Notes under the pieces: generated by a model
The model's input: the letters and a program-made list of their open reading frames with translations, nothing else
Told to the model about the DNA's origin: nothing
Databases searched by the model: none
Assembly: GCA_964515075.1 (NCBI GenBank)
Contig: CAZETE010000001.1
Coordinates: forward strand, 34,623 to 98,622
DNA length: 64,000 nucleotides
Source of the DNA: an uncultured Actinomycetota bacterium
GTDB lineage: Bacteria; Actinomycetota; Geothermincolia; Geothermincolales; Geothermincolaceae
Direction of reading: 5' to 3'
In this document: piece by piece, positions 38,748 through 46,685 of the stretch
Layout: every line of letters begins with the position of its first letter
How positions within the stretch are numbered: position 1 is the first letter of the stretch
Position numbers and translations under genes: made by a program

Positions 38748-40066
38748 GGCGCCGGCCGGTAGCCGTTCCGGAGCCCGCGGTCGTAGAGGGGGTGGAGGAG
38801 GCCTCCCCCCTCCGGGGAGAGGTCGCGCCGGGGGACCGGCTGGTCTCCATCAACGGGGTGCGCCCTCGCGACCTCATCGAGTACATGCTGGAGGAGGGCT
38901 GCGGACGGGTAGAGCTGCGGGTGGAGGCGGCGGGAGAGGAGAGGGTGCTGAGGGCCGCCGCGGAGCCCGGGCGGGGGCTGGGGCTGAGTTTCTCAGACCT
39001 GGTCTTCGACGGCATCCGCACCTGCCGCAACGCCTGCGTCTTCTGCTTCGTCGACCGCATGCCACCGGGGCTGCGCCCCTCCCTCTACCTCAAGGACGAC
39101 GACTGGCGCCTCTCGGTGCTCTCGGGCAGCTTCATCACCCTGAACAACCTGGGAAGGGAGGACGTCCGGCGCATCCTTGAACTGCGGCCGCACCCCCTCT
39201 ACGTCTCCCTGCACTCCACCGACCCGGGCCTGCGCGACCGCATGATGGGGGGGAAGAGGTCGGCCGCGGCGCTCAAGCTGCTGCGCAGGCTGATCGACCT
39301 GGGGGTCGAGACGCACCTGCAGGTGGTGCTGTGCCCCGGGCTCAACGACGGCCAGAGGCTGGAAGAGACCCTCCGGGGCGCGCTCGACGCCTTTCCCGCC
39401 GCCTCGGTGGGCATCGTTCCGGTGGGGCTCGGCAGGCCGGGCGGGGGGGAGGCCCTTGAGCCGGTGGGGGAGGGCGGGGCGGCGCGCGTGCTGGAGGCGG
39501 TGGAGCGCTTTCAGGCCGTGGCCCGGGGCCGGCTCGGGAGACGGCTCTTCTACGCGGCGGACGAGTTCTATATACTGGCGGGTGCGCCCTTTCCGCCGGC
39601 GGGGGAGTATGAGGGCTTCCCCCAGTTGGAGAACGGCATCGGTCTGGCCCGCGATTTCATCGACGCGGCCCGGGAGGCGCTCAAGGAGCGGGTGGAGCGC
39701 GCGGTCCCGGCCCGCACGGCGGTGCTCACCGGCGGGCTGGGCGCCGGGGTGCTGGAGGAGGCCCTGCGCTTCCCCGGCGGCGGGCAACCGGCGGGCGTGG
39801 AACTGGTGAGGGTGGAGAACCGCCTCTTCGGCCCCGGGGTCACCGTAACCGGCCTGGCGGCGGGGGCGGACGTGAAGAGGGAGTCGGATGGACTTAAGGG
39901 ATACGGGAGGGTGCTGGTGCCCGCGGTGATGCTGCGCGACGGCGTGTTTCTCGACGGCCTGGGCTTCGAGGAGCTGCGGAAGGACGCCGCCTCCCCCGTG
40001 CGCATAGTCGAAAATGACGGCGCGGCGCTGGTGGAGGCGCTTTATGAGGCGGAGGAGGGGAGCTAG
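38744..40066 (+). CDS. DUF512 domain radical-SAM-like protein with N-terminal PDZ domain
   Basis: PDZ-like N-terminus (GDRLVSINGVRP) and cysteine motif CRNACVFCFV. The cmk-DUF512-der arrangement is conserved. Confidence 0.7.
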   Translation: MRRRPVAVPEPAVVEGVEEASPLRGEVAPGDRLVSINGVRPRDLIEYMLEEGCGRVELRVEAAGEERVLRAAAEPGRGLGLSFSDLVFDGIRTCRNACVFCFVDRMPPGLRPSLYLKDDDWRLSVLSGSFITLNNLGREDVRRILELRPHPLYVSLHSTDPGLRDRMMGGKRSAAALKLLRRLIDLGVETHLQVVLCPGLNDGQRLEETLRGALDAFPAASVGIVPVGLGRPGGGEALEPVGEGGAARVLEAVERFQAVARGRLGRRLFYAADEFYILAGAPFPPAGEYEGFPQLENGIGLARDFIDAAREALKERVERAVPARTAVLTGGLGAGVLEEALRFPGGGQPAGVELVRVENRLFGPGVTVTGLAAGADVKRESDGLKGYGRVLVPAVMLRDGVFLDGLGFEELRKDAASPVRIVENDGAALVEALYEAEEGS

Positions 40067-41401
40067 TTGCTGCCCCTGGTGGCCGTAGTCGGCCGTCCCA
40101 ACGTGGGCAAGTCCACCCTGGTCAACCGGATCATCTCCAGCCGCGAGGCCATCGTGCAGGAGGAGCCCGGGGTGACCCGCGACCGCAACTACTACGTCGC
40201 CGAATGGCGCGGACGCCGCTTCGGCCTGGTGGACACCGGGGGGCTGGACCCGGGGGCCCGCGACGAACTGACGGCCGGGATGGGGGAGCAGGCCCGCTAC
40301 GCGGTCCGGGAGGCCGACCTGGTGCTGCTGACGGTGGACGCCCGGGACGGGCTGACCGCGGCGGACGAGGAGGTGGCGGAGATCCTGCGGGGCCTGGACC
40401 GCCCCATCATCCTGGTGGTCAACAAGGTGGACAACCCCCGGCGCGAGGAGGCGCTGACCGCCGACTTCCACCGCGCCGGCTTCCCGCTAACCGTGGCCGT
40501 ATCCGCCCTGCACGGCCTGGGAGTGGGAGAACTTTTGGACGAGGTGGCGGAGGCCCTCCCCCCCAAGTCCCCGGAGGAGGAGGAGGAATCGGGCGAGAGG
40601 CCCCTGACCGTGGCCATCGTCGGCCGTCCCAACGTGGGCAAGTCGTCCCTCTTCAACCGCCTCGTGGGGCAGGACCGTTCGCTCATCCACGACCAGCCGG
40701 GCACCACCCGCGACAGCGTGGACATCCGCGTGGAGATGGGCGGGCAGCCGGTGACCTTCGTGGACACCGCCGGCTGGCGGCGCCGGTCGCGCATCGTAAG
40801 CGAGGTGGAGTACTTCTCGGTGGTGCGCCTATGGAGGACCCTGGACCGCGCCGACGTGGCCCTGCTGCTCATCGACGCCACCGAGGGGGTGACCGACCAG
40901 GACCAGCGCATCGCCGCTCGCATCCGCGACGACGGGCTGGCCTCCGTGGTCGTCCTCAACAAGTGGGACCTGGCCAGGGAGGGCGAACGGGCGCGCGAGC
41001 TGGTGGAGGACGCCCGGGAGGACCTGGAATTCATCGCCTACTCGCCCATCCTGCGCGCCAGCGCGCTGACCGGCTGGGGGACGGATAAGATCATGCCCGA
41101 GGTGATGCGGGCCCACGCCAACTGGCGGCAGCGCATCCAGACCTCCCACCTCAACCGGTTGAAGGAGGAGCTCATCCTGCGCACCCCGCCTCCCTCCAGG
41201 CGCGGCAAGCAGCTGCAGATCTACTACATCACCCAGGTCCGCAGCGCCCCGCCGGAGTTCGTCTTCTTCGTCAACGACCGCGGACTGGCCCGCCCGGAGT
41301 ACCACCGCTTCCTGGAGCGGCGCATCCGCGAGACCTTCGACTTCACCGGCACCCCGGTGCGGGTGGCCCTCAAGGGCAAAAAATCCGGGGTCAGGCCCTG
41401 A
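40067..41401 (+). CDS. der: ribosome biogenesis GTPase Der (EngA)
   Basis: Two G domains (GRPNVGKST and GRPNVGKSS; DTGG/DTAG; NKxD) and a KH-like C-terminus. The final 6 codons plus stop lie inside the left REP/TIR. Confidence 0.9.
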   Translation: MLPLVAVVGRPNVGKSTLVNRIISSREAIVQEEPGVTRDRNYYVAEWRGRRFGLVDTGGLDPGARDELTAGMGEQARYAVREADLVLLTVDARDGLTAADEEVAEILRGLDRPIILVVNKVDNPRREEALTADFHRAGFPLTVAVSALHGLGVGELLDEVAEALPPKSPEEEEESGERPLTVAIVGRPNVGKSSLFNRLVGQDRSLIHDQPGTTRDSVDIRVEMGGQPVTFVDTAGWRRRSRIVSEVEYFSVVRLWRTLDRADVALLLIDATEGVTDQDQRIAARIRDDGLASVVVLNKWDLAREGERARELVEDAREDLEFIAYSPILRASALTGWGTDKIMPEVMRAHANWRQRIQTSHLNRLKEELILRTPPPSRRGKQLQIYYITQVRSAPPEFVFFVNDRGLARPEYHRFLERRIRETFDFTGTPVRVALKGKKSGVRP

Positions 41402-41467
41402 CGGGAATTGACGAAACCTGCGATAACCCGGGAGAGGGCATCCGGGAAAGTCGCCCCCGGGATTAAA

Positions 41468-41496
41468 TTGACATATAATATAAGTTATATATAATA
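41468..41496 (+). promoter_or_regulatory. sigma70-like promoter of the RAYT gene (TTGACA - 17 nt - ATAATA), predicted leaderless transcript
   Basis: -35 TTGACA at 41468-41473; -10 ATAATA at 41491-41496. Both are AT-rich islands in GC-rich DNA. The -10 abuts ATG 41497, and the second ATG at 41503 sits at the expected +1. Confidence 0.5.
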
Positions 41497-42495
41497 ATGA
41501 ACATGACTCGACCGCTGCGCATCGAGAAGAGGGAAGCCTTCTATCACGTCATCACCAGGGGGAACCGGGGTGACGATATCTTTGCCAATGACGGGGACAA
41601 GCTCTATTTCCTCGACCACCTTGGCAGAGCCGCCACAAAGTACAGCGCAGTCTTCTACGCGTATTGCCTCATGAGCAATCATTATCACCTGCTCATCGAG
41701 ACGAAAGAGCCCAACCTCTCCTCGGTCATGCATTATATCAACTCCTCTTTTGCCTCCCATTTGAGGAAGGGCAGGGAAGTGGGGCACATCTTCGCCGGAC
41801 GCTACAAGTCCATCCTTGCCGAAAAGGGAGAAAGCATAGCCCCCCTCAGCCGGTACGTGCACCTGAACCCGGTCAGGGCCTCGCTGACGGCGATGCCAGA
41901 AGAATACCACTGGTCCAGTTATCGTTATTTCGTTGAGAGGGGCGCAGTTCCGGGCTGGCTCGATACTTCTTGGCTGGTGGGGTCGTTCGGAGGAACGCTC
42001 GAGGCTGCCAGGAAACGCTACCGAGACTACGTCGAGAACGGAACCTTCGAGGAGTTCTCCTTCGAGCTAGACTGCCGGCAAGCGGGAAGAGAGCCGGTAG
42101 CCGGCAGCGTGGAGCGGGAAGCCCCCGGAAAGGAGGAACGGGCCAGGGAGGGCCTTCCGCCAGTGGGTCCCCCCGGAGGTAGTTTCGTCAAGCCCGTACG
42201 GTTGAGCGACCTGCATACGGCCGCCTGTTCGTTCTATTCACTGGAAAGGCTCGACGGAGAAGGCGGTGGGCTGGACGGGTACTGCAGGCGGGCACGGAAC
42301 ATGTTCATCTGGCTCGCGCGGGAATATACCGCTGCGCAGAACTGCGAGATAGGGAATTACGCGGGAGGGCTCAGCAGTTCCGGCATAACCCAGCAGTTCC
42401 TGCGCACCAACGAGGCGTTGAAGCGGGGGAAGGAATGTCCGGATAGATGGCGCCACGAAGCCCAAGCGATTCTGTCAATTCTCGTCAGGGCCTGA
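41497..42495 (+). CDS. REP-associated tyrosine transposase (RAYT; IS200/IS605-family Y1 HuH transposase-like)
   Basis: YHVITRGNRGDDIF, HuH motif AYCLMSNHYHLLIE, GRYKSIL and YVHLNPV are typical of TnpA-REP. Length 332 aa. The stop lies inside the right TIR. The true start may be ATG 41503 (leaderless). Confidence 0.8.
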   Translation: MNMTRPLRIEKREAFYHVITRGNRGDDIFANDGDKLYFLDHLGRAATKYSAVFYAYCLMSNHYHLLIETKEPNLSSVMHYINSSFASHLRKGREVGHIFAGRYKSILAEKGESIAPLSRYVHLNPVRASLTAMPEEYHWSSYRYFVERGAVPGWLDTSWLVGSFGGTLEAARKRYRDYVENGTFEEFSFELDCRQAGREPVAGSVEREAPGKEERAREGLPPVGPPGGSFVKPVRLSDLHTAACSFYSLERLDGEGGGLDGYCRRARNMFIWLAREYTAAQNCEIGNYAGGLSSSGITQQFLRTNEALKRGKECPDRWRHEAQAILSILVRA

Positions 42496-42506
42496 CCCCG
42501 GATTGG

Positions 42507-42515
42507 TGCTATAAT
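42507..42515 (+). promoter_or_regulatory. extended -10 element TGCTATAAT immediately downstream of the right TIR; candidate plsY-gpsA promoter
   Basis: TGnTATAAT lies 48 nt upstream of the plsY ATG. Confidence 0.4.
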
Positions 42516-42562
42516 CTACGATACGTTCGGCTCCCAGTGGTGTTAGACTTACCGGTGACGAC

Positions 42563-43186
42563 ATGGCGAAATACCTGTGGCTGCTAGCTTCCTACCTGGT
42601 GGGATCCATACCCACCGGCCTCTGCGTCTCCAAGGTGGTCTACCGCTCGGACCTGCGCCGGCTGGGCAGCGGCAACATCGGGGCCACCAACGTCCTGCGG
42701 AACTACGGCTTCCAGCCCTTCCTGGGGGTGCTCATCCTGGACATGTCCAAGGGCGTGGTGGCGGTGCTGGTGGCCAGGGCGCTGGGCCTGGGGCAGCCGT
42801 GGGTGATGGCCTGCGGGCTTCTGGCCATAGTCGGCCACAACTGGTGCATCTGGCTCGGGTTCTCCGGAGGGAAGGGCATCGCCACCTCGGCCGGGGTCAT
42901 CGTGGCGGCCTTCCCCTGGCCGGTTATATTCGCCACCGCCTGCGCCTTCCTGGCCTTGGTGCTGGCCACGCGCATCATGTCCGCGGGCTCCCTGGCGGGC
43001 GCGGCGGCCTTCCCCCTGTCGGCCCTGGTATATTACCGCGGGGAGTTGGGGGAGAACTGGGCCATGCTGGCCTTCAGCGCGGCGGCGGCGGGCTTCGCCG
43101 TACGCCGGCACCGCGAGAATATCGGGCGGCTGCTCCGGGGCGAGGAGCCGAAGCTGTCCCTTAAGCGCCGGGGGAGCGGTAGTTGA
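42563..43186 (+). CDS. plsY: glycerol-3-phosphate acyltransferase PlsY
   Basis: GSGNIGATN motif; 5 TM helices. Confidence 0.9.
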   Translation: MAKYLWLLASYLVGSIPTGLCVSKVVYRSDLRRLGSGNIGATNVLRNYGFQPFLGVLILDMSKGVVAVLVARALGLGQPWVMACGLLAIVGHNWCIWLGFSGGKGIATSAGVIVAAFPWPVIFATACAFLALVLATRIMSAGSLAGAAAFPLSALVYYRGELGENWAMLAFSAAAAGFAVRRHRENIGRLLRGEEPKLSLKRRGSGS

Positions 43187-44220
43187 GGGCGGGGGTCGTC
43201 GGCGCGGGGTCCTGGGGCACCGCCTTCGCGGCCCTCCTGGCCAGGCAGGGCCTGGAGACGGTGCTGTGGGCCCGGGAACCGGAGGTGGCTGAGGGGATCA
43301 ACGAGGGGCGCAGGAACCCCTTCTTCCTCACCGACTGCGTCCTCCCCGAGGGGCTCTGGTGTTCCGGCGACCTGGCGGAGGTGGCGCGCGGCCGGGACCT
43401 GCTGGTGATGGCGGTGCCCTCCCAGTGGGCGGGGGAGACCGCCGCAAGCCTCAAGGGGCTGGTGGGGCCGGAAACCGCCGTGCTCAACCTGGCCAAGGGA
43501 TTCGACCCGGCGACGCGCGAACGCCTCTCCGTGGTCATCGGCCGCAACGCCGGCGTGGAGGAGCCCCGTTTGGCCGTGCTCTCCGGGCCCAACCACGCCG
43601 AGGAGGTGATCCGGGGGGTGCCCAGCGCCGCGGTGGTGGCCTCCTCGGACCGGGAACTGGCCCGCCGGCTGCAGCGGGCCGTCAACACCCCCTACTTCCG
43701 CATCTATACCAACCGCGACGTGGCGGGAGTGGAGGTGGGGGCCGCCTACAAGAACGTGATCGCCATCGCCGCCGGGGTGGTGGACGGCATGGGCCTGGGG
43801 GACAACACCAAGGCCACCCTGGTCACGCGGGGCTTGAGCGAGGTCATGCGCTTCGGGGCGGCCCTGGGGGCGCGGGAGTGCACCTTCTCCGGGCTCTCGG
43901 GGATCGGCGACATCATGGTCACCTGCTACAGCCGCCACTCCCGGAACCGCGGGCTGGGCGAAAAGATCGGAGCCGGCATGACCCTGGAAGAGGCCACTCG
44001 GGACATGAAGATGGTGGTGGAGGGGGTATACGCCACCGGCCTGGTCTTCGAGATAGCCCGGGAGAGGGGCGTCGAGGTCCCCATCGCCGGCGCCGTCCAC
44101 GGCCTGCTCCAGGGCGGGACCACCCCCGCCCGGGCCCTCGTACGGCTCATGACCCGGCGGCTCAAGGAGGAGTCCTCGGAGGAGAGCATCATCTACGGGG
44201 CGGAGCCGGAGGAACGCTAG
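43183..44220 (+). CDS. gpsA: NAD(P)H-dependent glycerol-3-phosphate dehydrogenase
   Basis: TTG overlapping the plsY stop. VVGAGSWGTA Rossmann motif, and the KN and GLS motifs of GpsA. Confidence 0.9.
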   Translation: MRAGVVGAGSWGTAFAALLARQGLETVLWAREPEVAEGINEGRRNPFFLTDCVLPEGLWCSGDLAEVARGRDLLVMAVPSQWAGETAASLKGLVGPETAVLNLAKGFDPATRERLSVVIGRNAGVEEPRLAVLSGPNHAEEVIRGVPSAAVVASSDRELARRLQRAVNTPYFRIYTNRDVAGVEVGAAYKNVIAIAAGVVDGMGLGDNTKATLVTRGLSEVMRFGAALGARECTFSGLSGIGDIMVTCYSRHSRNRGLGEKIGAGMTLEEATRDMKMVVEGVYATGLVFEIARERGVEVPIAGAVHGLLQGGTTPARALVRLMTRRLKEESSEESIIYGAEPEER

Positions 44221-44474
44221 GGGAGACCCGCCGGCGCCGCCAGAGGGGGCCTCGCCCGGATAAAGGCGAAAGCAGCCTTCCCTGGCGGGACTGCTGCTTT
44301 CCGGGTGGGGCGTTGGATCTCGTGGATCCCAACGGTTATCCTCTCAACGTCAGGGAAATGATAACCCGCCACGCAACGAGGGCATAGTGGCTGAAAGTAT
44401 GATTTTTTCCGTTTTGGTAGGATTGCTTAACCCTTACTCAACATAAGATATATTATCGGCGGTACCGGGGGGGT

Positions 44475-45038
44475 CTATGAGGGGGCGCCGCCGCGTCCGT
44501 CCTCAAGCAGTGACGCCAGTTCCTCCAGCCAGGCCAGCTCCCCCCGGTAGACCTCGATCTGGCGGCGGCAGATGCTCGCTGCCAGCTTTTCGGCCAGCCC
44601 TCCGACCAGGCCGGACAGGGACTCCAGGCGCGCCGCCCAGCCGGCCATCCTCCGGGAGACGCTCTCCGCGCGCCTCTCCAGGGCCAACAGGGTCTCACCG
44701 ACGTCGAGGGACTCTGGAAACTCCAGGGCCAGGCAGAACTCGTTGCGGAGGGGCTCGGGCGAAGAAAGCTGTTCGTACAGGAGGTCCGAGAGGCGCTCCC
44801 TGCCCGTTGCCGTGAGACGGTAGACGCTCCGTTGCGGCCCCTTGCCCGGCCTCTCGGTGACGGAAGCCAGGCAGCCCTGCCCCTCTAAGCGGGCGCAGGC
44901 CTTATAGGCCGCGACGTCGCTGACCCTGATCCAGTCGCGCAGTCCGCGCGCGTCGACCTGGCGGGCTATATCGTATCCGTGGCGCGGCTTCTCCGCTATC
45001 AGCCCCAGGACCAGGAGATCTATGGCTTGCACGGCCAC
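44475..45038 (-). CDS. PadR family transcriptional regulator
   Basis: LLVLGLIAEKPRHGYDIARQV winged-HTH of PadR. GTG start; an in-frame GTG 6 nt downstream is an alternative. Confidence 0.8.
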   Translation of the reverse strand: MAVQAIDLLVLGLIAEKPRHGYDIARQVDARGLRDWIRVSDVAAYKACARLEGQGCLASVTERPGKGPQRSVYRLTATGRERLSDLLYEQLSSPEPLRNEFCLALEFPESLDVGETLLALERRAESVSRRMAGWAARLESLSGLVGGLAEKLAASICRRQIEVYRGELAWLEELASLLEDGRGGAPS

Positions 45039-45043
45039 CTCTT

Positions 45044-45062
45044 ATAATTAACGGTTAATTAT
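45044..45062. promoter_or_regulatory. perfect 19-bp AT-rich palindrome ATAATTAAC-G-GTTAATTAT immediately upstream of padR; candidate PadR operator/promoter
   Basis: 9-1-9 dyad with zero mismatches inside a 60-bp AT-rich island containing TATAAT-like hexamers. Confidence 0.4.
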
Positions 45063-45078
45063 ATAACTATTATATAGC

Positions 45079-45687
45079 TTAACCCGGGAGTCCGCCGTCG
45101 GCGGCGTTGATGAGGCGCGAGACCACCTCCGAGGCGAGCATCTTCAATTCGAAGACGTTGAGGTAGTGAGGGGCGGAGGCATCGAAGAGGATGCTGGCCG
45201 AGGCCGGGAACTCCTCGTCGGAGTCCCAGAAGATGAAGAGCAGGTTTATGCGGGGAAAGGCCTGAAAGACCATCCCGGCGTCGCCCTGGCTGACCCGCGT
45301 GCCGCCCAAGCGCCCTCCCGCGTCCACCAGGGCCTGCAGGCCGCCGTCGAAGCGGTTCTTGAGGCGGTCCTCCACGGTGTCGGCGAAGCTAGAGGAGTAG
45401 AAGAGGCCGTCGGGGAGCTCGCGGTAAGGTATCCACTGGTGGGAGGGGGGCACCCCATCGGCCCGGTAGAGGTAGAGCAGGGCCAGGAGCTTCAGGGTGA
45501 AGGTGGAGAGGAAGTCGGGCATGGAAAAGGCGAGCCCGGGATGGGTCAGGCCTATGCTCCAGCGGAGGAAGGGTATCTCGAAAGCCCCTGAAGAGAAGGA
45601 GACCCCCGCCCTTTCGGCCACGTCCTCCGGATCGCGGCTGCGCAGGTAGCGGCTGGGCTCCTCGAAGGGGTCGCCCTTCTCCGTCAA
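45079..45687 (-). CDS. hypothetical protein, possibly DUF3786 family; last gene of the nrd operon
   Basis: The ORF overlaps the nrdG stop. The candidate TTG start at 45687 is in frame; the upstream ATG in the track overlaps nrdG by 85 nt and is judged unlikely. No catalytic motif recognised. Confidence 0.4.
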   Translation of the reverse strand: MTEKGDPFEEPSRYLRSRDPEDVAERAGVSFSSGAFEIPFLRWSIGLTHPGLAFSMPDFLSTFTLKLLALLYLYRADGVPPSHQWIPYRELPDGLFYSSSFADTVEDRLKNRFDGGLQALVDAGGRLGGTRVSQGDAGMVFQAFPRINLLFIFWDSDEEFPASASILFDASAPHYLNVFELKMLASEVVSRLINAADGGLPG

Positions 45688-46427
45688 GACGCCGCCCTCT
45701 GTCCCTGGTCGTTGGCCAGCCCGCCCCTGACCGTGGTGGGCAGCAGGACCGAGAGCTTCTCCGCCCACTGGGCCAGCAGGCGTTCGGGGTAGGGTTTCAC
45801 ACCCTCGTAAGAGGGGTCGAGGGTGCCCTGCGGGCGGAACTGCTGCAGGACCAGGGCGCGAGCGCCCGCCAGCCGTTGGGCGATCTGGCGCAGGTCAGAC
45901 AACTCCACCAGTCCGGGAACCACCGTGCAGCGGAATTCGTGCTCAACCCCGCTTGAGCGGATGATGTCTATGGAGCGGAGGATGTCCTCGACCGAGACGG
46001 GCGAGCGGGTGGCCAGGGGGTATTTGCCCAGGGAGGTCTTGACGTCCATGGCCACGTAGTCGACCCTCCCCTCCCCCACCAGCTGCCGCAGCATATCGGG
46101 ACGCGAGCCGTTGGTGTCCAGCTTGACCTCGAAGCCCAGGGAGCGCGCCGCGCCGGCCAGTGCCGGCAGGCCGGCGTGGAGGGTGGGCTCTCCCCCGGTC
46201 AGGCAGACGCCGTCGATCCAGCCGCGCTTCTCCTCGAGCCAGGCGGCCACGTCCTCCCAGGAGATACCGGCCCGCGCCCCTCCCTCCCCCGCCTCCCCCA
46301 GCAGGGAGGCGTTGTGGCAGAAGGGGCAGCGGAAGTTGCAGCCCCCCAGGAAGAGCACCGTGCAGATCCTGCCGGGCCAATCCAGCATGCTGGTGGGAAG
46401 GATCCCCCGCAAAGCGATCTCCTGCAT
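45684..46427 (-). CDS. nrdG: anaerobic ribonucleoside-triphosphate reductase activating protein (radical SAM)
   Basis: CNFRCPFCHN radical-SAM cluster motif; 247 aa. Confidence 0.85.
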   Translation of the reverse strand: MQEIALRGILPTSMLDWPGRICTVLFLGGCNFRCPFCHNASLLGEAGEGGARAGISWEDVAAWLEEKRGWIDGVCLTGGEPTLHAGLPALAGAARSLGFEVKLDTNGSRPDMLRQLVGEGRVDYVAMDVKTSLGKYPLATRSPVSVEDILRSIDIIRSSGVEHEFRCTVVPGLVELSDLRQIAQRLAGARALVLQQFRPQGTLDPSYEGVKPYPERLLAQWAEKLSVLLPTTVRGGLANDQGQRAAS

Positions 46428-46439
46428 GCCCCGCGCCCC

Positions 46440-46685
46440 TCAGTTGGCGGCCGAGTCGATCTCCCGAGGGTTGGGCACCTCGCAGCGCCAGGCCCGCACC
46501 TCGTGGCCGTCGTCGTCGGTCATCAGGACCGAGGGGGTGCACTGGATGCCGTAGAAGGCCGCCTCCGCCAGCCCTTCCACCTGGTCGAGGTCGAAGATCT
46601 GCACCTCGCCCGCGAACCCCCTCACCGCCTCCTTGGCGGCGGGGCACTTCGGGCAGTCTTGCTTGACGAAGAGTTTAAGATACAA
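46440..46685 (-). CDS. glutaredoxin-like / NrdH-like small redoxin (thioredoxin fold, CPKC active site)
   Basis: 81 aa. KQDCPKCP active-site CxxC and TPSVL cis-Pro region. Located between nrdD and nrdG with overlapping ends. Confidence 0.6.
   Translation of the reverse strand: MYLKLFVKQDCPKCPAAKEAVRGFAGEVQIFDLDQVEGLAEAAFYGIQCTPSVLMTDDDGHEVRAWRCEVPNPREIDSAAN

Larger units (their letters stand above)
41382..42504 (+). mobile_element. REP-associated tyrosine transposase (RAYT) unit bounded by perfect 22-bp terminal inverted repeats, inserted between der and plsY
   Basis: Left end AATCCGGGGTCAGGCCCTGACG (41382-41403) is the exact reverse complement of the right end CGTCAGGGCCTGACCCCGGATT (42483-42504). 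Each end contains the palindrome GTCAGG-n-CCTGAC. A single HuH/Y1 transposase gene lies inside. Confidence 0.8.

Noticed and set aside
43033-44100. 355-aa minus-strand ORF
   Set aside because: Antisense to gpsA.
45690-45768. Upstream ATG start (45768) for the DUF3786-like gene, giving an 85-nt overlap with nrdG
   Set aside because: Such a long same-strand overlap is unlikely. The in-frame TTG at 45687 overlapping the nrdG stop is preferred, though this remains uncertain.
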